DNA from: an uncultured Planctomycetota bacterium
Lineage (GTDB): Bacteria; Planctomycetota; Planctomycetia; Isosphaerales; Isosphaeraceae
DNA: 64,000 nucleotides
Direction of reading: 5' to 3'
Assembly: GCA_963823665.1 (NCBI GenBank)
Contig: CAWGMQ010000010.1
Coordinates: 1,504,001 to 1,568,000 of the forward strand
This document shows positions 10,964 through 20,338 of this stretch, one piece after another. How positions within the stretch are numbered: position 1 is the stretch's first letter; each line of letters starts with the position of its first letter. Made by a program: the position numbers and the translations under genes. The notes beneath the pieces were generated by a model that had not been told where the DNA came from, searched no databases, and saw nothing but the letters and a program-made list of their open reading frames with translations.

Positions 10964-13900
10964 ATGAGCAGCTCGGCGCTTGTCGAATCGATTTTCTTCG
11001 CCGCGCTCGAGAAGAAATCGACGGCAGAGCGGCGCGTTATCTGGACGGAGCCTGCGGCGCCGACGCCGTGCTTCGCTGCAGGGTGGAACGGCTGCTGGAC
11101 GCCCATCCTCGAGCGGAGCAATACCTGGCACAGCCTGCCGTCAATCGTCTTGCCTTCGACCGAGACGATGCGGCTCGGAGCTCGAGGAGTCCTGTTTCCA
11201 CGAGCAGCACCGAAAGAATCCCAGAGAATCCCGACGCAGGTGACGACTTGTTCGACACGCTCGCCGACGAGGGGGCCAAACGTGGGGCGGCCGCCGCGAC
11301 AGTCGAAGAAACACGCCACGCGCCGGAGCCGACTGAGCGAACCGACGGCGACGGACCCAACCGCGACCTGCCGCGCGGCGCCGTCGGCCAATACTCCGGC
11401 GATCACGAGATTCAAAAGGACCTCGGCCGCGGCGGCATGGGCGTTGTCGACCTAGCCGACCAGGCGAGCCAGAGTGGGCCCGCGAGCCTCCAAAACGGCG
11501 ATCCCTCCAGGATCGGGCGCTACCGGATCATCCATCGGCTCGGTCAGGGCGGGTTCGGACGGGTCTATCTTGCTCACGACGATGACCTCGACCGACCGAT
11601 AGCCATCAAGGTGCCGAACCCTGAACGAATCACCCATCCCATGGACCTGGAAGCGTTTTTCATCGAAGCCCGTGTCCTCGCCAAACTGGACCATCCCCAT
11701 ATCGTGCCGGTCTTCGATGTGGGTCGCACCGAAGACGGACTCTGTTTCGTCGTTTCCAAGCTTCTCGAAGGCAGCGACCTGGCGGTCAGGATGGGAGAGG
11801 CTCGACTCACCGTCCGTGATTCGGCGCAACTGGTTGCCACCATCGCCGACGCCTTGCATTACGCGCACACCCGAGGGCTGGTCCACCGCGACATCAAGCC
11901 TGCCAACATCCTGATCGACTCTTGCGGCAAACCCTGCGTGGCGGATTTCGGGCTTGCCCTAAAGGATGAGGACTTCGGCAAAGGTGGGGGGCTAGCGGGC
12001 ACGCCCGCCTACATGAGTCCCGAACAAGCCAGAGGCGAAGGGCACCGGGTTGATGGGCGATCCGACATCTTTAGCCTTGGGGTCGTGTTCTACCAGTTGA
12101 TGACCGGAAAGAGACCGTTTCGGGGTGATTCTCTCCTGGAGGTCATCGAGTCGATCATAAGCACCGAGCCTCGTCCACCTCGCCAGATCGACGATACGAT
12201 CCCCAAAGAACTGGAGCGGATTTGCCTCAAGGCGCTCGCAAAGCGGGCACATGATCGCTACACGACGGCCCGGGACATGGCGGAAGACCTTCGCGTGTTC
12301 CTCCAGAACGTAGGAAGCGCGGTCTCGGGTCCTGCGCCTGCGATTCCCATGAGCACCCTGGCCGGATCATCCCTGGAAACCTCTCCACGACCCGCCACCT
12401 CCAGGCAATCCGCCTCCGAAGGGCGACCGATCAAGATCGTTCCAAGAGGGCTGCGATCGTTCGATGAGCATGATGCCGACTTCTTTCTGGAATTGCTTCC
12501 CGGACCTCGGGACCGGGATGGTTTGCCTGACAGCATCCAATTCTGGAAGCGAAAGATCGAGCAGCTCGACCCCGAAGGGAACTTCAAGGTCGGGCTGATC
12601 TACGGTCCCTCGGGCTGCGGCAAGTCGTCGCTGGTAAAGGCGGGGCTCTTGCCCCGGCTCGGCAAGCATGTCCTCCCGGTTTACGTCGAGGCGACCGCGG
12701 AGGAGACAGAGGCTCGGATGAAGCAGGGGTTATGCAGAGCCTGTCCGGAACTGTCCCGAGAATTGGGGTTGGTTGAAACGCTTGCACACGTGCGGAGGGG
12801 TCGCACGCTGCCTCCCGGGCGCAAGGTGCTGCTGGTCCTGGACCAGTTCGAGCAATGGCTCCATGCCAAGCGGGGGGAGCAGAATACGGAACTGGTCGCC
12901 GCCCTTCGTCAGTGCGATGGCGAACACGTCCAGGCAGTGGTACTGGTGCGGGATGATTTCTGGATGGCGGCGACCCGGTTCATGAGGGAACTGGAGATTC
13001 GCCTCATCGAAGGGGAGACCTCGGCGGCGGTTGATCTCTTCGACCTTGATCACGCGCGAAAGGTGCTGGGGGCGTTTGGCCGGGCGTTCGGCAGGCTCCC
13101 CGAGAATGCGTCGGAAATCCTGAAAAACCAAAAGGAGTTTCTCAAGGAATCCGTGACTGGACTGGCGGAAGAAGGCAAAGTCATTTCCGTCCGCCTGGCG
13201 CTGTATGCCGAGATGATGAAGGGGAGACCCTGGACCCCTGCGAAAATCAAAGAAGTAGGCGGCATGAAGGGCGTGGGTGTCACATTCCTGGAAGAGACCT
13301 TCAGCGCCTCGACCGCGCCTCCCGAACATCGCCTTCACCAGAAGGCAGCCCAGGCGGTACTGAGAGCTTTGCTGCCTGAGACCGGCACCGACATCAAGGG
13401 GCAAATGAGATCACGCCAGGAATTGCTCGAAGCGTCCGGTTATGCGAACCGCCCCAGGGACTTCGACGACCTGATTCACATCCTCGACCGGGAGCTGCGC
13501 CTGATCACGCCCACCGACCCGGAAGGGGTGGCGGGTGACGAGTGGCGGGTGGCGGGAGAAAACGCCGGCCATAGCGATCCCGCCACCCGCCACGCGCCAC
13601 CCGCCACCCACTACTACCAGCTCGCACACGATTACCTGGTTCACTCACTGCGGGACTGGTTAACCCGCAAGCAAAAGGAAACCCGGCGAGGGCGAGCGGC
13701 GCTGCGGATGGCGGAGCGATCGGCGTCGTGGAATGCCAAACCCGAGAACCGCCATCTGCCGTCTGCGCTGGAGTGGGCGAACATTCGTCTGTTTTTCAAG
13801 AAGAAGGACTGGACCGAGCCAGAGCGCAAGATGATGAAACGGGCGGGGCGGTTTCACGGTTTGCGGTCACTGGCGTTCTCGGCCATGGCCGTTTTGCTTG

Positions 13901-16107
13901 TTGCCGTGGGCCTCTACATCCGGAGCGGCGTGGTCGAGGCAAACCAGGCCACGGCCGCAAGGGGCCTGGTCAAGCAAATCGTGAGCGCCGACACGGCCAA
14001 GATCCTCGATCTCATCCGGGCCATCAAAACAAGCGACCGCCGCTGGACCGATCCCGAGCTGAAACAGACCGGTGCGGAAGCGCCGGAAAACTCAAAGGAG
14101 AAGCTCCACGCCAGCCTCGCCCTGGTGCCCGTGGACCCAGGCCAGGTTCATTACCTTTACCGTCGTCTCTTGAACTCGAATCCCAACGAGCTGCCGGTGA
14201 TCCGGAAGGCTCTCGATGGTCATCAATCGGAGCTGGTGGAGAGACTCTGGGCCGTCCTGGAAAACACTCAAGCGAGCCCGGACCAGCGCTTCTGTGCCGC
14301 GTGCGCCTTGGCCGGCTACGTGCCTGGAGCGACCGAAGAGCGGTGGTTGTCTGCTTCCGGCTTCATCACCAAGAGGCTGCTCGAGTCGGTGAACAGGAAT
14401 CCCAGCGATTATGCGCCGCTCTTGGAAACACTGCGCCCGATCCGGGAACGACTCCTGACTTCGCTTTCGGCGACCTTCCGTGACGAGCAGCATCTCGACA
14501 CCGAGCGGTCGTTCGCTACCAACATCCTGACCGATTACGCCAGCGACCACCCGGCCGTACTGGCCGACCTGCTGATGGATGCCGGCCCCAAAGCGTATTC
14601 GGCATTATTTCCCGTCGTCCAGGGCCGGCAAGCCGAGACCGTGCCGCTTTTCCAGGCCGAGATCGGCAAGAAGGCCACCGACGGCCGGAAGGATGTGCCG
14701 CGCGACGGCGACGCATCATGGGCAGGGCTCGAAGAGGCGAAGGATCGACTGGCCCAGCGCCAGGCTCGAGCCGCCGTGGCGCTCGTTCGCCTCGGGAGAG
14801 CCGATCTAGTCTGGACGCTCTTGCGGCACAGCGCCGACCCCCGGCTGAGGAGCTTCATGATCAACTGGCTGAATCCGCTGGGCGCGGATCCGAAGCCGAT
14901 CGCCGAGGAGCTCCAGCGACTGGATTCTGCCGCCAACGCGGGCGCCGGACGCGTCGCGCCATCGGCCACAAGATCGCTGGACGCGATCCTGTTCGATCCT
15001 GAGACTTCGATGCGCCGGGCGCTCGTACTGGCGCTGGGAACGTGCGGCGCCGTTGGCCTCTCTTCCGGCGAGCGTGATCCATTGATCGCCAAGCTGCTTG
15101 ACCTGTACAAGAACGACCCCGACGCCGGCATTCACGGCGCGGTCGAGTGGACGCTGCGGCAGTGGAACGGGCAAGCGGGGCTCGCGGCCGCCGATGCCGA
15201 GCTGATCAAGCTCAAGGATCGGGGCGACCGCCGCTGGCTGGTGAACAGCCGGGGCCAGACGTTCACCCTGATTGACGGTCCGGTCGAGTTCCGCATGGGC
15301 TCGCCGCCGACCGAGCCGGACCGGTACGCCTCGAATGAGCTTCTACACCGCCGGATCATCCCCCGCCGCTTCGCCATCGCCGCCAAGGAGGTGACGGTCG
15401 CGGAGTACCAAGAGTTTGTCAAGGAGAACCCCGGAGTTGATCATGCCAACAATGACAGGTACAGCCCCGATCCGAAGGGGCCGATGAACGTGGTCTCCTG
15501 GTATCACGCGGTCGCGTACTGCAACTGGCTCAGCCGCAAGGAGAACCTGCCTGAATGTTATGAACCGAACCCGCAGGGCCAATATGCCGGGGAGATGAAG
15601 ATCCGCGCCGACGCCCTGCGGCGGACGGGCTACCGGCTTCCGACCGAGGCCGAGTGGGAGTGTGCTTGCCGGGCAGGAGCGAGCACCAGCCGTTCCTTTG
15701 GAGTGAACGTGGAGCTGCTGGGGCGGTATGGCTGGTATCTGCCTACTTCACAGGATCGCACCTGGCCGTGCGGCAGCCTGCTCCCCAACGACCTGGGGTT
15801 GTTCGACATGCTGGGTAACATATATGAGTGGTGCCAGGATCGATCGCTGCCCTATCGCCCGGATCGGGCTGGAATAGTAGTCGATGATACGACTATAGAA
15901 GAGTCCAACATTATCGATCGTGCAGTTCGGGGTGGGGCGTTCTACCTTCAACCGGCGGACCTCCGCTCGGCCTTCCGCGGCTCGAACGCGCCGACCCACC
16001 GCAACACCGACAACGGGTTCCGGCTTGGCAGGACTGTTGAATGCAAACCGCAGGACCAGGGGGGCGACCGAGGCCCGGACTTCACCCGCAAGAGCAATGT
16101 CAATTAA
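10964..16107 (+). CDS. Ser/Thr kinase - STAND-type P-loop NTPase - TM - helical repeats - FGE-sulfatase (SUMF1/C-type lectin) protein (frameshift near 11030)
   Basis: MSSSALVESIFFAALEK start; GQGGFG, HRDIKPAN, DFGLA; GPSGCGKSS and LLVLDQFE; FRMGS, RLPTEAEWE, GLFDMLGNIYEWC, GFR. Confidence 0.88.
13526..13609. repeat. In-frame 84-bp inverted repeat inside the kinase-STAND gene
   Basis: 32-bp arms 13526-13557 and 13578-13609 with 2 mismatches. Confidence 0.85.
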
Positions 16108-16178
16108 CTCAATACGTTGACCAATCCAGTGGACGTTTGCACCTATGTTGCGCTCTGCGTCTCAGGGTGTCGTGAAAG

Positions 16179-16287
16179 CGGTCATCTGGGACATGTTGAC
16201 GAGGGCGTCCACCCCGAGTTCCCGGGGCGACCGCCGCCATCGTCACGCTCGCCTCGAGGTATCCAGGCGACACGGGCATGCCGAAGT
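16179..16287 (-). pseudogene. Internal fragment duplicated from the NmrA-like gene
   Basis: Matches 9170-9277 with 8 mismatches and 1 indel (hand count). Confidence 0.85.
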
Positions 16288-16578
16288 TGAATAGATCGCG
16301 GGTTGAACTTTCCAGAGAATCTCCCGTCCTGGTTGTCTCCATCGCGGCCACTTCATTATGTTAGAGCAGAATTGGCCTATCGAGCGCCGAGGGCGGGCGG
16401 CAGAACAACCTCGACGGCCCCGACGACTCGCCCCCGCCGATCGTGACTGGGGCCGTCCGCGAGCGTTCGGCGATGAAAGGAACGACCACGGCCATCCATC
16501 ACTTGTACCGCGTATCCACCTTGGTCCGCGACGCGTCGCAACTTGACACGACCTGACATTGCCCAGGAGATCTTGGTG

Positions 16579-17133
16579 ATGACAATCGCCATTCGCGAAA
16601 ACTTCTTGACCACCGATGAGACCGCGGACCTCGCGCGCTTTGCGAGGATGTTTACGGGCTGGGATACCCAGGACAAGGGCATCTGGTATGGTCGCTTTGT
16701 GCATGTCGGTCACATCGACAATGTCCAAGTTCGCGAGCAGCTCTTGACCATCCGCAAGCGAGTCCGCGCCGAGATCGTGGGAGCGTACCAGCTCACCCGG
16801 CCTTTGTTCGCGGACACTTTACAGGTCGTGCGCTGGCCTGAAGGATCGGACCAGCGACCCCACGCCGACAGCGAGAACCCCGACGGCACTCCCCATCCGT
16901 ACGCCTGGCGCAGCTACGCCTCGATCCTCTACCTTAACGACGACTTCGAAGGGGGTCAGATCTACTTCCCCCAACTGGGACTCGCCCCCCCGATCCGCGC
17001 AGGAATGCTCGTCTTCTTCCCGGGGACCCTCGACTACGTACACGGCGTGAGCACGATCACCCGAGGCGTCCGGTACACCGTGGCTTCGTTTTGGACCTTC
17101 GACCCAAGCCGGCAGGACGGCTTCCCAATCTGA
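16579..17133 (+). CDS. 2OG-Fe(II) oxygenase, prolyl-4-hydroxylase-like
   Basis: AGGAG RBS; HAD, YLNDDFEGG, HGV, RY motifs. Confidence 0.85.
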   Translation: MTIAIRENFLTTDETADLARFARMFTGWDTQDKGIWYGRFVHVGHIDNVQVREQLLTIRKRVRAEIVGAYQLTRPLFADTLQVVRWPEGSDQRPHADSENPDGTPHPYAWRSYASILYLNDDFEGGQIYFPQLGLAPPIRAGMLVFFPGTLDYVHGVSTITRGVRYTVASFWTFDPSRQDGFPI

Positions 17134-17499
17134 TGACGTCGCCAGCGGATTCGCACTTATCACTAAATCCTCACGCGGGCTTCGGCCGCACCCAAGGGGG
17201 AATTCATGATTCGAGCAGGAGTCATGCAACTGGCCTTACGGGGCGCTCGGCCAGTTGGAATGCAGGGGAGACAACAATGGGCCGGCACTCTCTTTGCGTT
17301 TCCTAGCCAGCTTTAAAGTTGTGGATCGCTTGCGAGGAGATGTTGAATATTCGGCGCGCTATAGCGTATCCATCCTCGGCGAGGTTTTCCGCCTAGATGG
17401 AGAAGATGCAGACCGGTCGCTAATCGGAGGGTTCACACGGATTGTGCAGGTGGCTGGGCGCTTTTGTGGATCATTTCGTCGGGAGAAGGATGGGACGCA

Positions 17500-17516
17500 C
17501 TTTCGCGGAGCGAAAG
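17500..17516. repeat. REP-like hairpin
   Basis: CTTTCGC-GGA-GCGAAAG. Confidence 0.45.
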
Positions 17517-17649
17517 GCCACAATGGTCTTCTCGCGCGGGTCTGCGCAGCGCCAGCCCGAGAGCCCGATGGGCGGCTCCAGCCTTTGCGATCCCATGCCG
17601 ATGCGCAACTGGTCGCGAACGCCGGCGGGTCTGTTCCACGAAAAGGACT

Positions 17650-17965
17650 TCATGAAATCCGCAATACCCGGCACGTCGCTTCATAGCTTGCGTCGAGGTC
17701 GAGCGTCACGTTCTGGGTTTCCGACAACCAGACCGGGAGAGACGGGAGTGGCTGACCGAGGGCCAGGGGATGGGACCAGGTAGCCAGTTTGGTTTGTCGT
17801 TCGACTTCGCGCTTGCGGCATGTCACCGCGTAGATCGGTGGCACCAGTGTTCTGAACGCGGGGTCAGAGCGGCGCAGCATTGCAAGCAGCTCGGTGTAGA
17901 AGTTGAACTGGCGGATCGTGACCAGATCGGCGATCGACAAGCAGACGTCCTGGCGGAGCAGACGG
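17650..17965 (-). pseudogene. DUF4058-like C-terminal fragment
   Basis: LLRQDVCLSIADLVTIRQFNFY...LGQPLPSLPVWL...DLDASYEATCRVLRIS; N-terminus missing. Confidence 0.7.
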
Positions 17966-17967
17966 AA

Positions 17968-19236
17968 TCACCTGGCTCCGACGGGCAAAGTGAGCATCGG
18001 GCCCTCCTTCTTGTCTCCCGATTCTTGCAGTGCGAACACGACTTCCATGATCGAAAGGACCGACCGCGACTTCACATCGTCGGCGGCGATAAAGAACCAG
18101 TAGCCGCGGTACGGTACGGCCACCTCCGCGCAGCGGGGCCGGTGTTTCTGCACGTGGACGACGAAGTTGCCGGCGAGGATGTGCGTCCAGTCGTAGAGCT
18201 CACCGTCCTCGTCGAGCGTCACCGGCGCGACCCCGGAGACGATGTGCGCATCGGGGACGAGCACGCCTCTCGATAGAAAGGTCATGATCTGCAAGATGGA
18301 TCGCATGTTCAAATAGATCGTGTCGTGTTCCGCGTCTTCCGGCTTCGGGGCCAGGGGCTTTCGTGTGTTGATCTCCTCGGTTACATCCGACTCGATCCAG
18401 TAATTCTTCAGCGTTTTGTTCAGGCGGAAGATCCGCCGCATTTCGTCCGCTTCGGGAGACTCTTCATGAATCCGGAGGCAAACTCGTTTTTCGCGCTTGA
18501 GCACGACCAACTGGCCGTCTGGCGCGTTACGGTAGACGAAGCCAGCCTCGGCGGCTTGAAGAACGTCGCGCGCCTTCACCGTGGCCCTGGGGATCGGATC
18601 CGAGGCGTCACTGGTCTCCTCTGTTGTCGCGAACGCCAGATCGGCGACATTGCGTTTTCTGAGCGATGAAAGAAGCTGTATGCCCCGGATAAAATCCGCG
18701 TTGTCATCAGGGCCCGAGGGAATCAGAGTCGTGGCACCGGGCGCGTTGGGAATGTCGTTGATGTCGTCCATGCAGAACAACAAGAGCTGTTCGATGTTGG
18801 CGCCGGCGTTGACGACGTTGAAGAGGTCGGGCGACAGCGGAGTGAGGAGCGCCTTGGCGATCTCGGTCCCCTCGCGGGGATGGTAGCTCAGGGTAGGCGT
18901 GTCGCTGAGAGAGAGCAGACCCGTGCCGAGGCTCGCCGGGCCCATCGCCTGGTTGCCGTAACCCCCCAAGTAGGTGCCGCTGCCGGCCATCTGGAACTGG
19001 CTGGTGATGTTGGGCAAGTCGATGAAAATCGGGGAGTCGGCATAGCGGAGCCGCACGATGTTCAACAAGAGCTGTTCGCTTGTGGTGTAACGGACGACCT
19101 CGTTGTACCGCAGACGGGTGAGGCGGACCGCCGTGGGGCCAACACATCCGCTCAGGCAAACAGAAGCGGCGAGGATGATGACCCGTTGTTGAAACCGCCC
19201 GCGCGGGAGCGTCGGACGCCGACTCCGATCATCCAT
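17968..19236 (-). CDS. Hypothetical lipoprotein
   Basis: Hydrophobic stretch plus LSGC lipobox; QLLLNIVRLRYADSPIF; start uncertain. Confidence 0.7.
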   Translation of the reverse strand: MDDRSRRPTLPRGRFQQRVIILAASVCLSGCVGPTAVRLTRLRYNEVVRYTTSEQLLLNIVRLRYADSPIFIDLPNITSQFQMAGSGTYLGGYGNQAMGPASLGTGLLSLSDTPTLSYHPREGTEIAKALLTPLSPDLFNVVNAGANIEQLLLFCMDDINDIPNAPGATTLIPSGPDDNADFIRGIQLLSSLRKRNVADLAFATTEETSDASDPIPRATVKARDVLQAAEAGFVYRNAPDGQLVVLKREKRVCLRIHEESPEADEMRRIFRLNKTLKNYWIESDVTEEINTRKPLAPKPEDAEHDTIYLNMRSILQIMTFLSRGVLVPDAHIVSGVAPVTLDEDGELYDWTHILAGNFVVHVQKHRPRCAEVAVPYRGYWFFIAADDVKSRSVLSIMEVVFALQESGDKKEGPMLTLPVGAR

Positions 19237-20028
19237 GTCACTCCGCCGAATCCGTCCGGCCTCGCCGAATTCAAGAGCGCAGCATCCCCGAGATTCCCCC
19301 TGGGTGTTATCGTCGGCAAAATTGGAAAACTTGACGAGATCCGCGTTCAACGGCGAATGCGCGCATGCAGGCCAGGAGCGGGTGATCTCGCTCCGAGTCA
19401 TTCTGGGTTACGTCGCGATCAAACTCCGGAGCAACGGAGTGTCGGTCACGGTTGAACGAACCGCCGGAAAGCCAATCCTCTGCGTCAGGAACACGCATAA
19501 GCAGGAACCGGGTCGTCATCCGCAAGTCGATATTTCATAAAGTCTTGTGCCGACCATCTCGGCGCTTCCAAAAACGTCGTCATCCGTAAGTCCAGTTCCT
19601 GTAAGGAGATGACGACGATGACGACGTTTTGGGGGGTGTGCGGGAGCTGTTCGGTGGATTGGTTGACAAATGCGTGCGCAGGTGAGCGGGTTGTGCGGTG
19701 CCGGAGGCCGATCGCTGGTTGCCTGGCGGGCGAACCAGGGTCGCCAACGACTAAGAAGGGGAACCGGTCTGGTTCAAAGTGAGGTGACAGAAGGTTGAGC
19801 GAGGCGAGCTTTTCTAAAATGCCTGCTCCCACCATGTTGATGCTGGGACTTGAAACCCGCATTTTCACGGAGGGAGACAGGCATGGGACCAGCGATGGCA
19901 CGGATGGCAAGGAAGGAGGAGGGGAGGACCAGCGAGTGGGGATTGGTTGGTTCTTCAATTTCGAGGTAGCAGGCAATCGTGCGGAGTGGGGCTTTGGGTA
20001 TGCGTTTTTAGCCCGTATGGCCACGACA

Positions 20029-20338
20029 AATCGTCAGGCTGAAGCCTGACCTACACTGCGTCGCTTCGTTCCCTTAATCCTTTTAAGCCAACGCGCATCG
20101 TCAAATGTACAAAACGAACTCCCCCGTAGGGCATTTCGATGATGGCAAGCGCGCCGCAGCGCGGCAACCAAGGCGTTTGAAGGCAGAGCGTCGGGACGAG
20201 GGAAGCAAAGCGGACGATCATTTCTATCTTCGATCTATCTTCGATCTATCTTCGATCACTGAATTCCTACCTCGGAACAGCGGTCCAGGGGCGCCGCGGT
20301 GTCGAGGGTCAGAATCGTCAGGCTGAAGCCTGACCTAC
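20029..20338. repeat. Two identical 26-bp REP-like elements plus an 11-bp tandem repeat
   Basis: AATCGTCAGGCTGAAGCCTGACCTAC at 20029-20054 and 20313-20338; (TCTATCTTCGA)x3 at 20223-20255. Confidence 0.85.

Noticed and set aside
401..19236. Integron cassette array or prophage
   Set aside because: Mixed gene orientations, no recurring attC-like sites seen, no integrase or phage genes
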